32,873 nt of DNA from a virus (taxonomy: Duplodnaviria > Caudoviricetes): IMG/VR virus record IMGVR_UViG_3300049167_000224, positions 1-32,873 of that record. One strand, 5' to 3'. Of this stretch, positions 1-9,391 are shown piece by piece. The notes under the pieces are model-generated. The model saw only the letters and a list, made by a program, of their open reading frames with translations, did not search any database and was not told where the DNA came from. Both the position numbers and the translations under genes were made by a program. How positions within the stretch are numbered: the stretch's first letter is position 1; every line of letters begins with the position of its first letter.

Positions 1-711
1 TTACTCAATATCTTCTGGATACATCTCATTCAAAGTCTTTTGTAGCAATTGCAAATCAAAACCCCGCTTTATCAACAAGACACAATTCGCATTAGCCTCC
101 ATATAGTCCGCTACTTTTTCACAAATCTCATCTGTATGCTTGCTGGATCGAATGCCAAGCAATTTATAATCCTTCATGTAAGAGAGATCATACATATTTG
201 CTACTGTTTTCGATGCTGCCACAGCTATAGCACCTCCAGCTTTGATTTGGTTGATGAATTCATTCCATCCACTCTTACGGAGATTTCTGGGGCAATTTTT
301 TCCCGTCCATTTATTGTGTTGAACTACATTGCTAATAGGAATGCTGTATTTCTTCATAAGGAATTGTACAAGCCAGACAGCATTTTGTTTGGTCTTCTCG
401 AAATCGCCATCTGCATTTACACACAACTCAATAGAAATACTTTCTCTATTACCTTCCCCTTTTGATCCATCACCGTTCGCCCAAGCAACCTCATTTGTGG
501 GTATGCTCTGCCAGATTTCGCTTTGATCCACGGAAAAATGCCAACTAGCGGTTCTGACATTTCCTGATGCCTGTAATCTTGCATGAGCTTCTGCATCTGC
601 ACCATTTTTTATATTGTCTGTTTCGTGTATTGTGATCCAATTTGGCTTCATCGCTATCTTTGGTCTTGTCTTTGTCAGTGTTGCTGGTATTAATTTCTGT
701 TTTATTTCCAT
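1..711 (-). CDS. Endolysin, N-acetylmuramoyl-L-alanine amidase (Amidase_2, XlyA/CwlA-like) with unrecognised C-terminal domain
   Basis: Motifs ITIHET, ASWHFSVD, SISIELC, VVQH..W.GKNCP; SD AGGAG; end of late operon. Confidence 0.93.
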   Translation of the reverse strand: MEIKQKLIPATLTKTRPKIAMKPNWITIHETDNIKNGADAEAHARLQASGNVRTASWHFSVDQSEIWQSIPTNEVAWANGDGSKGEGNRESISIELCVNADGDFEKTKQNAVWLVQFLMKKYSIPISNVVQHNKWTGKNCPRNLRKSGWNEFINQIKAGGAIAVAASKTVANMYDLSYMKDYKLLGIRSSKHTDEICEKVADYMEANANCVLLIKRGFDLQLLQKTLNEMYPEDIE

Positions 712-1270
712 TGGTGTTCTCTCCTACTTGAATTGAAATAAGCGACTCCTCAGAGGGAATCGCTTTTACTTCTGTTATCGGTGAACTTATTGAAACGAAA
801 TAAACCGGATCAGAGGGTTTGGTAGGTTCCTCTGGTTCCGGTTCACTCGGTTCATTCGGTTTAGATGGCTCTGTGGGCTTCTGTGGTGTTGCTGATGAGC
901 CTTCATCCTGTTCTATAGGCTTTGGTTTTGATGGCTGTTTTCGTTCTTTTGTTGGCTTTGTGGTGGAGGTAGAAACACTCCCAAGATTGCGATTGCTAAT
1001 CCGATTAGATATAGTATTTGTTCCTGATAGTGACCCACTACCTCCTCGATCTGATACCCGAACAAACTTGCTATCTTTATCACGAATAAGGATACTACTG
1101 ATAGTACCGATACCCAAAACGCTCGATCTCTCCATTCGGGGTGCTTGTTCAGCCATTTGATGATCACTTTGCTTTCCTCCCTGCGGATAATTTGCGCCTA
1201 AAACGAGTAATAGGACCACCATCATCAACGGGATTAGGTGGAATCTTATCTTCTCCATTGTCCGATTCAA
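545..1270 (-). CDS. Overprinted 241-aa protein with N-terminal signal/anchor and Pro/Glu/Lys-rich linker
   Basis: SD GGAGG (1282-1278) 7 nt before TTG; KIR plus hydrophobic LIPLMMVVLLLVLGA; KPTEPSKPNEPSEPEPEEP repeats fill the 712-912 gap between holin and endolysin. Confidence 0.6.
   Translation of the reverse strand: MNRTMEKIRFHLIPLMMVVLLLVLGANYPQGGKQSDHQMAEQAPRMERSSVLGIGTISSILIRDKDSKFVRVSDRGGSGSLSGTNTISNRISNRNLGSVSTSTTKPTKERKQPSKPKPIEQDEGSSATPQKPTEPSKPNEPSEPEPEEPTKPSDPVYFVSISSPITEVKAIPSEESLISIQVGENTNGNKTEINTSNTDKDKTKDSDEAKLDHNTRNRQYKKWCRCRSSCKITGIRKCQNR
913..1167 (-). CDS. Putative holin, 84 aa, two TM segments
   Basis: Two hydrophobic helices, polar C-tail, GGAGG SD, GTGA overlap with upstream gene, upstream of endolysin. 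Confidence 0.75.
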   Translation of the reverse strand: MIIKWLNKHPEWRDRAFWVSVLSVVSLFVIKIASLFGYQIEEVVGHYQEQILYLIGLAIAILGVFLPPPQSQQKNENSHQNQSL

Positions 1271-1574
1271 AGTGTTCCCTCCCTTCTATCAAGAGAGTTT
1301 CTGCTTTTTTAAGACTTCTTTTATCTATTACTTGGTCATTTTCCGATTCAAAAATCCATTTAAACCAATCAATCAAAGTATGATAGAATGTTTCTCGCTT
1401 CTCATATTTCGCTGCATCTTCTTCGAAATGTTCCTTCATTTTTTGATACATTTCTTTGATATCATTGTCTTTTCGTTTAATTGCATCAGCAGCCCACCAT
1501 ACCACAATGATTAAAAAGGTAGGTAAGCTATACGGGGATTGTGAAATTAACTCCGATAATTGAACGAGATCCAT
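1164..1574 (-). CDS. Lysis-cassette membrane protein (one N-terminal TM plus coiled coil; holin/antiholin-like)
   Basis: TM LPTFLIIVVWWAA followed by charged helix; position; SD GAGGAG. Confidence 0.6.
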   Translation of the reverse strand: MDLVQLSELISQSPYSLPTFLIIVVWWAADAIKRKDNDIKEMYQKMKEHFEEDAAKYEKRETFYHTLIDWFKWIFESENDQVIDKRSLKKAETLLIEGREHFESDNGEDKIPPNPVDDGGPITRFRRKLSAGRKAK

Positions 1575-1618
1575 TTGCCTTCTCCTCTCTTCATCCCCAA
1601 AACAAAAACAAGTACCCT

Positions 1619-1669
1619 CTACACAGTTGGTAGTGGCACATAATAAATCGCAGGATTTGTTATAGACAT
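1619..1669 (-). pseudogene. 16-aa micro-ORF MSITNPAIYYVPLPTV, possible 5' remnant of a PIG-L-family gene
   Basis: SD GAGGAG 7 nt upstream; NPAIYYVP resembles GPAIFFIP at start of the PIG-L protein at 16216-16938. Confidence 0.35.
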
Positions 1670-1681
1670 TGTTTCTCTCCT

Positions 1682-2584
1682 CTATCCTGTTATTGGAGAA
1701 TCATAACGAGCACCTAATTCTGCCAAGGAGCATGTTGCAGTTGCTCCAGATTGTGTAGATTGATAAGCCTGTAGTTGGATGTAATCTCCTTGAACACAAC
1801 GCCAAAAACCCATTGTGGATAATTCCAAGGCTTGCGTTCGATTTGGGAAAAGCATAACAGTGATGGCCTGTGTTCCATTTAACCAAATTCGAATACCACG
1901 CCGATCATTCGCATTATCCGCTGTTGATCCAGAGACGGTAACTCGTCCTTGGAAAGTGTAAAAACCATCCTGAGGAATAATAATCTTGGTTGCATCTGTT
2001 CCTGGATATAATTTTGAATCAGTAATCCAGAAGCTTCCTGCATTAAGATTAAGCGATGTCCAAGCACCTGAACTCATCGTTTGGCTTGCATTGCTGTAAA
2101 CACGTACAGAAGGAACCAAACTTGGATCACAAGCAAACAATCGTCTATCTGTAATAGTGAAACTTGCTGCATCGGTTGCATTGTTTAGAATAGTTACATT
2201 AGCCAAGGGTAAATCCCAGATATTTGCGTTCTGAACGGGAATAGTAGTTCCCGACAATACAACATAGCTGATCGTATTACTAACAAAATCCACACGTAAC
2301 ACAACCAAATCGGTTCTTGTAGAACCGGAAGTATTCGAATTAATCGCCAATGCCACAGGATCTCCTGTGTGTTTAAACATATGACCTTTAATCCAAGCCT
2401 TCCCCGTTTGTACTTCTACTTGAAGACCTGTACCAGCTTCTACTGCACAATTTCCTCCGAACTCATCCAGCTCTGTCCCTTGAACAATAACACCTGTACT
2501 TATAAAATGTTGTCCCATGTCTCTCCATTGAGCCTCGTAACTCGGTTGATTGTCAAAAGGAAAATACTCCAATACGGCTGCCAT
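1682..2584 (-). CDS. Minor tail / putative receptor-binding protein
   Basis: Beta-rich; N-terminal baseplate-type region (G.AWIKGH, R.DLVVLR, W.LPLA.V); follows Gp37-like gene. Confidence 0.75.
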   Translation of the reverse strand: MAAVLEYFPFDNQPSYEAQWRDMGQHFISTGVIVQGTELDEFGGNCAVEAGTGLQVEVQTGKAWIKGHMFKHTGDPVALAINSNTSGSTRTDLVVLRVDFVSNTISYVVLSGTTIPVQNANIWDLPLANVTILNNATDAASFTITDRRLFACDPSLVPSVRVYSNASQTMSSGAWTSLNLNAGSFWITDSKLYPGTDATKIIIPQDGFYTFQGRVTVSGSTADNANDRRGIRIWLNGTQAITVMLFPNRTQALELSTMGFWRCVQGDYIQLQAYQSTQSGATATCSLAELGARYDSPITG

Positions 2585-2588
2585 GACC

Positions 2589-3761
2589 TCACCTCTTTTC
2601 TATTTTTCCAACTCTACCTTGCAGACGTCTATAATCACCGAACAATCGAAAGGTAGTACCAACGCCAGGCGTTCCAATTGTTGGTATAATGGTTTCCCCT
2701 TTTTCATCGAGCACGATCTGAACGGAACGAATCACATCTTGTAAGATTTCCCCGTTTACTTCTGCAGTAGCTCTATCACCAAGTTTATAATCGATCATAA
2801 ATTGAGATCCCTCTACATCAAGTGGGTAAAGCTCAAACTCTGCTTTTTCGGTTCGTTCCTCCAATTCGTTGTAAAGTGCTTGGAGCAGTTCGCTTTCAAC
2901 GCTGGTCTGTCTCTGATCCAAGAAATATTCGATGGTGCCATACAGCAAACGACTAGGCTCGTCACCAGTACCTACAAAGTAGCGAGCTTCTTCTTCACCG
3001 CCACCACCACAAAGGATATAGTTTCCCTCTGGAGCTTCTACATAATATCGATAGCCTGCTAGATTACGTCTTTCTTTGGAAAATACAACGGTAGATGTCA
3101 GGTCTTCTGGTTCGTAAACTTCAAATAGCAGAACAGGGATGCCAAAAAACTCATCATAGGATTGGATCACTCGAAATCCTAACCCAGAAGACAAAGCAGC
3201 TTCTTGCAACTTCTCAATCAAGTTGTTATATCGGCTTCGCACGGTAATGTTTTGACCCTTTTCTCCATCTACAGTAGTCGCTAATAGAGGGATTGCACGA
3301 GAAGGAACCGCCAAGTATCCTGCATTGTTTTCAACGAGATGAAGCATGCATGTCTCTGCTGCTCCTGTGAAAACATCGTATCCGACACCAATCCCTCGGT
3401 GAAAGTTGTACACTCCATCGGGGTTGGGAGGTATAGCCATTCTAGTTGCTAAAAGTCCTGTATCATCTATGCCACCTGTTGTAAAATTGCCGTCTTCGCT
3501 GATCCAATCCTCGTCCATGTCTATGCTCCGAATCGGACCGCTGAAGATGATTTCCCCATCCTTGGTAACAATAATGCCACCAAGCCCGTTTCCCTCCCTT
3601 CGGACTTGTAGAAGAGTGCGAATTGTTTCGGTTTCTTCTGGTGGTATTTCTAACAACCATTTGCTTACATCATTAAAGTTCATATTGATGGTTAACTTTG
3701 TAAAATTGATTATTGGAGCAATCCTATCGAGTGCAGTATCCCGAATCCATATTTCATACAT
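2589..3761 (-). CDS. Siphovirus Gp37-like (ReqiPepy6-type) minor tail/hub protein
   Basis: Motifs FNDVSKW.L, GGGGEEEAR, E.FLDQR, DYKLGD; follows Dit. Confidence 0.8.
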   Translation of the reverse strand: MYEIWIRDTALDRIAPIINFTKLTINMNFNDVSKWLLEIPPEETETIRTLLQVRREGNGLGGIIVTKDGEIIFSGPIRSIDMDEDWISEDGNFTTGGIDDTGLLATRMAIPPNPDGVYNFHRGIGVGYDVFTGAAETCMLHLVENNAGYLAVPSRAIPLLATTVDGEKGQNITVRSRYNNLIEKLQEAALSSGLGFRVIQSYDEFFGIPVLLFEVYEPEDLTSTVVFSKERRNLAGYRYYVEAPEGNYILCGGGGEEEARYFVGTGDEPSRLLYGTIEYFLDQRQTSVESELLQALYNELEERTEKAEFELYPLDVEGSQFMIDYKLGDRATAEVNGEILQDVIRSVQIVLDEKGETIIPTIGTPGVGTTFRLFGDYRRLQGRVGKIEKR

Positions 3762-3763
3762 AT

Positions 3764-4621
3764 TTAAACCCCCAAATATCTTGGAGAATAAGCAAGCTGA
3801 ATAGACGAATCAGAGGTAGCATTCGCCATTTCAATTTTCACGCTATTCTGTCCAGAATCCAGCGTCCAGAAGGTGGAACCATAAGTTAATAAAGGCAAGA
3901 GGTTGATATTATCATCTAAGGTAATCTGCCTATTTTTTGTATCAATAGTGATGGTCTGATTTTCATCCAAGGTTACATTGCTAATGGACAATGTTTTTCC
4001 AGTAGTTTGATTACTGAGTTTAGGATCGTTGCCAGGTCCATGAACAGTCCAAGTGGGATAGGTTTTGACATCACCCTCATAATTGATATTGATTTGAGAG
4101 CTAACCGCATCCCCTCCCAGATTCAAAGGGAAAATAGGGAACCACAACGGCGGATTTTCATCGAGTTGAAAGACTTCTGTTGTTTCGCTTCCATAAAAGA
4201 ATGGATCGAAAGCCCGAAACGTAAGGGTGAGCTTCCTCCAATAAACGCCGTCTTTCCCTTCCTCGCCCTGCAAACCATCCTTATAAAGACAATTTATATA
4301 TCTGTCCATTCCATCAGGTGAGATAACTCGAATTCTCCCCATACCTTTGTAAACGTTCAAGGACTGAGTAAGGGATCGTATTCGTTGGAATAGCTCCGCT
4401 CGACTTGTACCCCGAACTTTCATATTGAGATCCAAATCCCTTGGTAGTGTTTTGGATCGGCGATAATGCGAACCATCCTCGAATGGTATCGGATCTTCAA
4501 AGTGCTCAATATCAGCCATGTCAAAGCCAGACCAACCAGAAACATTCACCCAATCTTGACTGGAGAAGATAGTTTCTACTCCTAATGGCGAAATCCACGA
4601 AATGATTTCATAATCAGCCAT
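3764..4621 (-). CDS. Distal tail protein (Dit, Sipho_tail family)
   Basis: Directly after tape measure; LTFRAFDPFFY, N.EGDV.TYP, L..G.N motifs. Confidence 0.85.
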   Translation of the reverse strand: MADYEIISWISPLGVETIFSSQDWVNVSGWSGFDMADIEHFEDPIPFEDGSHYRRSKTLPRDLDLNMKVRGTSRAELFQRIRSLTQSLNVYKGMGRIRVISPDGMDRYINCLYKDGLQGEEGKDGVYWRKLTLTFRAFDPFFYGSETTEVFQLDENPPLWFPIFPLNLGGDAVSSQININYEGDVKTYPTWTVHGPGNDPKLSNQTTGKTLSISNVTLDENQTITIDTKNRQITLDDNINLLPLLTYGSTFWTLDSGQNSVKIEMANATSDSSIQLAYSPRYLGV

Positions 4622-6824
4622 GTAACCACGCCTCTCTCCGCAACGTGTTCATGATGATTTTGTCCGTTGGTTTATCTGGTGCGTTGTTGACCGTAACGTT
4701 GTACGTATCCCCTGCTTGGACGGGCGGTGTACTTGTTTGACTAGGAGTGACAAACCCTTGATTAGGATATGCAAATTGTCCCACTTGGCTTAGTCTCGCT
4801 TGGATTTGACCTAATCCCAAATCCACCTTTGAAATCGCATCATTCATCCCTTGATTCATTTTGCTGGCAAAGGTAGGAAAGAATGATTCCCCTGATTTAT
4901 CGAGATCAGAGAGAGGCCCCACTTTTGCAGGAGAAAAAGGAAGGTAACTCCTGATTGTCGCCATTCCATCTTTTACTGCTCCCACTGCTTTTTTTAACCC
5001 AGATGAAATACCTTTGGCCAACGAATCCAATAATGCTTTTCCTGCACTCATGAAATCAGAAGCATATCCTTTAACCGTGTTATACGCAGAGCGAATTCCA
5101 TTGGATATGGTGCTCTTGATAGAGTTCCAAGCATTCGATGCAGTTGATTTAATGGAGTTCCATACATTGGACACAGTACTTTTGATGCTGTTCCATGTAT
5201 TAGACATGGTACTCCTGATACTGTTGATGATGGAACTAAGACTGCTTTTTATCCCATTCCATACGGAGCTTGCAGTTGATTTAATGGAGTTCCATGTGCT
5301 TGATAAAAAGCTTTTGATGGAGTTCCATACAGAAGTAGCTTTTGATTTGACCGTTGCCCATGTACTGGAAAGGAAGTTTGTTAACCAACCCCATACAGCT
5401 ATACCAGCAGCTTTAATGGCATTCCATGCAGCTATTAAATATACCTTTACTGTGTCCCAGTTTTGGTATAACCAAATACCAGCAGCCACCAATGCAGTGA
5501 TAGCGAGAATGAGTATTCCAAAAGGATTGGTAAAGAGAAACACACCTACGATACGTAATACATTCAGGAATCCCATAAATAATTGACCAATCCGAGGTAA
5601 TAGTGTGACGAATCTCCCAAAAGCGGAAGCTATTTTTGTAACTGCGTTCCCCAAGAAAGTTAAAGCTCCACGTAATGCAGTCATGATCGTTGTTCCAAAT
5701 GTTTTGAGCTGTGTTCCTAGCTTCGTAAAGAATGGTCCAATCTTTTGGATCGCTGGTCCCAGACGGCTAAAAAACCCAATAACACTACCCACAGCAGGTG
5801 CAAGTGCTTTGATTGCCAATCCTAGCCCTGCCATACTCAATATCGTTGGTCCTACTGCTGGATGCAACTGGAGCAGCCAATTGACAAACTGTAGAATTGC
5901 ATTTACAGCTACTAATACAGGTGGAGCAATAACCGCAAGTGCAACCGCAAATTGTTTTAAGATGGAAATTAATTGACTAAGTACAGATCGCAATAATGGA
6001 CCATTCTCTTTTGCATAGTTAACAAAATCTTGAAATCCTTTTGAGTTGGATAAACCTGCTGACCAATCTGCAAACCTCTGAGAGAGTGACACCAGATCAT
6101 TTTCCATTCCAGCAGACAACGGACTAAATGCCCTCATCAAGTTCATGACTCCTTCTAGAACATTCCCCATAACTGTCCCGAAGTTGGAAATGGATCTCCC
6201 CGCATTGCTAGCCATCCAGTCGATAAAAGGCTTGAATGCTCCATTCTTTACCGCATTATCTAACCGCTCAAATAACCCTTGTATGGCAGGAATGGATGCA
6301 TCGAATAGCGGTTTTAATTGCGTGATTAAGCTTTTCAACGTACCTAGAGAGGAAATAAAGATATCCAAAATCGGCTCTTTAAATTGTCCGGCAAATCCTG
6401 ACCAGAAGGTTTTGAAATCCTGTAATGCCGACAGTGCTTCCCTTTCCTTTGCTGTAAGTCCACTCATGACCATCTGCAATTCTTTCAGAGCTGCTGTTCT
6501 TTCTTTTGCTGTATCTGCTTTTGCTATTTTTTCGTTGATTTTCTCAATTTCTTCTGACGCTTCAAAAACCCCATTCAAAGCAGGAATTGCCACAGCAGCG
6601 AATGCAAGAACACCAGCTCCAGCAGAAGCAAATGATGCTGTCAAAGCACCCATTGCAACTAACCCTGTTGATAAAATTGGCGCTGTCAGTGAAGATCCAA
6701 GCAATAACCCAAGTCCTCGGAAAGCTCCGGCTGATCCCCGCAATTTATCTTGAAATCGATCAAAGTCACGTTCTGCTTTGTCGGTGTCAAGATCTGTATC
6801 AATAACGATCCTACCGTCTGACAT
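4614..6824 (-). CDS. Tape measure protein
   Basis: 736 aa, Ala/Gly/Leu-rich helical, 11-residue W-N-x-I-K-S repeats, PFSPAKVGPLSDL motif. Confidence 0.92.
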   Translation of the reverse strand: MSDGRIVIDTDLDTDKAERDFDRFQDKLRGSAGAFRGLGLLLGSSLTAPILSTGLVAMGALTASFASAGAGVLAFAAVAIPALNGVFEASEEIEKINEKIAKADTAKERTAALKELQMVMSGLTAKEREALSALQDFKTFWSGFAGQFKEPILDIFISSLGTLKSLITQLKPLFDASIPAIQGLFERLDNAVKNGAFKPFIDWMASNAGRSISNFGTVMGNVLEGVMNLMRAFSPLSAGMENDLVSLSQRFADWSAGLSNSKGFQDFVNYAKENGPLLRSVLSQLISILKQFAVALAVIAPPVLVAVNAILQFVNWLLQLHPAVGPTILSMAGLGLAIKALAPAVGSVIGFFSRLGPAIQKIGPFFTKLGTQLKTFGTTIMTALRGALTFLGNAVTKIASAFGRFVTLLPRIGQLFMGFLNVLRIVGVFLFTNPFGILILAITALVAAGIWLYQNWDTVKVYLIAAWNAIKAAGIAVWGWLTNFLSSTWATVKSKATSVWNSIKSFLSSTWNSIKSTASSVWNGIKSSLSSIINSIRSTMSNTWNSIKSTVSNVWNSIKSTASNAWNSIKSTISNGIRSAYNTVKGYASDFMSAGKALLDSLAKGISSGLKKAVGAVKDGMATIRSYLPFSPAKVGPLSDLDKSGESFFPTFASKMNQGMNDAISKVDLGLGQIQARLSQVGQFAYPNQGFVTPSQTSTPPVQAGDTYNVTVNNAPDKPTDKIIMNTLRREAWLHG

Positions 6825-7458
6825 TGGTTGTACCTCCTCTCTTGGTTAATCGGTTTGCAAAAGCACTCATCTTATCATCTAAAGCTTTAATTTGTTGATC
6901 ACGTGTTTTAGGTTTTAACGCATACAATCGCTTCAATTCCTGCAATCGTGATCGCTCTTCGACATTTTCTTTGGTACGCTTTGGCAGTTTAGCTGTTCGA
7001 ATTCCAATGATCTTTCCTAATGGAGATTTCTCGCTAAGGGAGGATAACAATGCCAAAAACTTTTTCCAATGAAGCTTTCCTTGTTGTTCATAGAGATCAA
7101 TTCCATAGTCATACAAAAAAGACGCATAAATGATCTCTGCGTCTTGGTCAAAATCGAAAACGGGTTCACTTCGTTTTTTGCTATTCTCTTTATTTTCGTC
7201 CTCATCATCGTTGACATCATCGATAAAGCTCTTGTATATCGCTTGTACTATCTCTGATTTTATTTCGATGTCGAATTCTTTGATTGCATCGTAATTCATC
7301 ACATACATTTCACACAGAATATCAACCTTTTCCCATTGAGAAAAAGCATTGTCATCTTGTAACTCTCTTGCACGCAACACGATATCAAACGCAAGATTTA
7401 GTACTAGCTGCATTCCTTGGAAGATCAAAGCATCTTGTAGATCATCCGTCAGCTTCAT
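6811..7458 (-). CDS. Gp15-family tail assembly protein (A118 gp15-like)
   Basis: FDFDQDAEIIYASF..DYGIDL, LHWKKF.ALL motifs; precedes TMP. Confidence 0.85.
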   Translation of the reverse strand: MKLTDDLQDALIFQGMQLVLNLAFDIVLRARELQDDNAFSQWEKVDILCEMYVMNYDAIKEFDIEIKSEIVQAIYKSFIDDVNDDEDENKENSKKRSEPVFDFDQDAEIIYASFLYDYGIDLYEQQGKLHWKKFLALLSSLSEKSPLGKIIGIRTAKLPKRTKENVEERSRLQELKRLYALKPKTRDQQIKALDDKMSAFANRLTKRGGTTNVRR

Positions 7459-7841
7459 TTTTTCGTATATTTTTGACGTGCTTCTTGTTGCTTCACTTGC
7501 AACTTATCCCCAAGGAATGAAAACACGACACGTAGCACCTCACCAATATTGGCCATGCTTTTATGGACATCTTCATAGATTACTGCATAACTTCCAGCTC
7601 CAAAAACAGTATCAATGATGGATTCCATTGCGTTTAATTGTTCTTGCTTGGCTGTTTCTTGTTCTTCTGGAGTTAACTTTGCCAGATCCATTTCTTGTGC
7701 TTTTAATAGTAAATCCTGATACTTATTCATGATGTTTCGGTAAGCATCCAGAGCTTGATCATCCCAAGAAACAGTATAGACTTTGCTTGCTATTTCAAAT
7801 TCCTGTGATGGTTTCTCGATTTCAATTTTAATTGTACCCAT
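7455..7841 (-). CDS. Tail assembly chaperone
   Basis: Between major tail and gp15-like genes; start moved to MGTIKIE (SD AAGGAGG). Confidence 0.7.
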   Translation of the reverse strand: MGTIKIEIEKPSQEFEIASKVYTVSWDDQALDAYRNIMNKYQDLLLKAQEMDLAKLTPEEQETAKQEQLNAMESIIDTVFGAGSYAVIYEDVHKSMANIGEVLRVVFSFLGDKLQVKQQEARQKYTKK

Positions 7842-7859
7842 TTGTTTCCCTCCTTCTAT

Positions 7860-7888
7860 AAAAAAAGAGGAGGTATTCAACCTCCCCC
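7860..7888 (-). terminator. Intrinsic terminator after major tail gene
   Basis: GGGGAGGT-TGAAT-ACCTCCTC then T7 on minus strand. Confidence 0.75.
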
Positions 7889-7891
7889 AAA

Positions 7892-8629
7892 CTAAGCTGC
7901 TATTGTAGTGGCAGTTTCGATTTCCGATGGAGCAGATGTAACCGTTATACCTGTTCCCGTAAATTGTGCTACTGCTACCACATAATATTGATACTCCGTT
8001 GATGCGGTTAATCCGGTTGCACTATAGGTCGGTGTGGCTACATTAGATGCTACCTGTAACCCGTTTTGATATACATTATAGGAGACGGTCGCTCCTGTAA
8101 TGGTTACTGCATCCCAATCTAATTCAAGTCCAGTAGCGGTTATACTGGATGCCTCTAGCCCTGTTGGAGCTGAAACTTTACTCAAGATAGGTTCTCCATT
8201 AAAATGAACTTCTACCTCAATTTCCCCTTTGGAATTGGCATCCCCACTTGGACCATTGATGACAGCCAGAGTAATAGCACCACTAATCATTTCTCCAGTA
8301 GGCTGTATCCAGATAAAATCAGTTTCTCGGTTGTTTCCAATTGAAATCATATGCTCAAAAATCCAATCTTGCACCAGATCACCATAATAACGGTGACCAC
8401 TAAAGGAAATAGTAGCTTGACCACCCATCACTGTAGTAGTGGCGAAACCTCCACCATCTAGATATGCAGTCTGATCAGTTTCTTCGTTCATCTCCGGCTC
8501 AAAACTGCTGAACCCTCGTGCCAATCGCTCATAGTGGTTGGTGCTGTCTCCTGGTTGTTTTAAGTTCAAGTAGAAGAGATGTTTGGATTCTGTTAAGAAT
8601 CCCTCTAACTGTGCAGAACCATGCGGCAT
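7892..8629 (-). CDS. Major tail tube protein with in-frame C-terminal fibronectin type III domain
   Basis: N-terminal A118-type tube region (YLDGGG, SGHRYYGD, VHFNGEP); C-terminal APTGL..W.A..YNVYQNG..GL..ST.Y.Y.V FN3 pattern. Confidence 0.88.
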   Translation of the reverse strand: MPHGSAQLEGFLTESKHLFYLNLKQPGDSTNHYERLARGFSSFEPEMNEETDQTAYLDGGGFATTTVMGGQATISFSGHRYYGDLVQDWIFEHMISIGNNRETDFIWIQPTGEMISGAITLAVINGPSGDANSKGEIEVEVHFNGEPILSKVSAPTGLEASSITATGLELDWDAVTITGATVSYNVYQNGLQVASNVATPTYSATGLTASTEYQYYVVAVAQFTGTGITVTSAPSEIETATTIAA

Positions 8630-8641
8630 TGTATAACCTCC

Positions 8642-9037
8642 TTATATAAATAACTCTGCATCAAATAGAGCTGTATAAGCGTAACCTTCGCTTGTTTGCT
8701 CCACAAAGTTGGTTGTCGTCGTGCAATCGATCTTGATGAGGTCAAAGGATGCATTAGTGGATAAAATTGCATTGTTTTGTTGTCCGTCTAAAAGTAGTTC
8801 GATTGTTTGGCATGTCTCGATTACTCTCTTTTGATCCTGATGACGTGCATAGATTTGAAAGCCAAAAAAATAAACCCTTGTTAAATCCAAGAGTTTTTCT
8901 GGAGACATATTAGGAGCAGGGACAATAGCTATATCATTGGGACTTTTCAACAATCCTACAGATAAAGTAGGTTTATCAAAGGAAGATAAATCCATGTTGG
9001 CTTCGATATATGATTTTACTCTGTCTAGAAAATCCAT
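8642..9037 (-). CDS. Tail terminator / minor capsid protein
   Basis: Neck-module position, 131 aa, SD GGAGG. Confidence 0.7.
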   Translation of the reverse strand: MDFLDRVKSYIEANMDLSSFDKPTLSVGLLKSPNDIAIVPAPNMSPEKLLDLTRVYFFGFQIYARHQDQKRVIETCQTIELLLDGQQNNAILSTNASFDLIKIDCTTTTNFVEQTSEGYAYTALFDAELFI

Positions 9038-9049
9038 CTGCTCCCCTCC

Positions 9050-9391
9050 TTAAATGGTGCGATCTTTCAGCTTCTCTAATTGATGAATCCATTTCTGTAG
9101 TTTGTAGGATTTCGCACGTCGAAACCAGAGACCACCAGCGTTAGGATTTCTATCTTTGCTAAAGTTGTACTGTGGGTTGTAGTAAAGCCTACGGGCATAA
9201 ACGGTATCCCAGATCACTTTTCCGCTGCCAAAAACGGTGTTACGAATCCCAGATTGTATGAGGTTTCCTGTGTCTTCTGGAGCATAATAGTTACTATCTT
9301 TCAACACCTCTTGATCCAATAATTCCTGACCTTCCTTGCCAAGCTTCCGGATTTTGGGAGCAATCTTGCCCAGTTCCAATCGAATTCTCAC
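9050..9391 (-). CDS. Neck protein (minor capsid family)
   Basis: P.DTGNL, YARRLYY, NPNAGGLWF motifs. Confidence 0.8.
   Translation of the reverse strand: MRIRLELGKIAPKIRKLGKEGQELLDQEVLKDSNYYAPEDTGNLIQSGIRNTVFGSGKVIWDTVYARRLYYNPQYNFSKDRNPNAGGLWFRRAKSYKLQKWIHQLEKLKDRTI

Noticed and set aside
5014-6805. Long plus-strand ORFs (190, 123, 202 aa) opposite the tape measure gene
   Set aside because: Antisense shadows of a repetitive coding sequence; no SD or protein-like motifs
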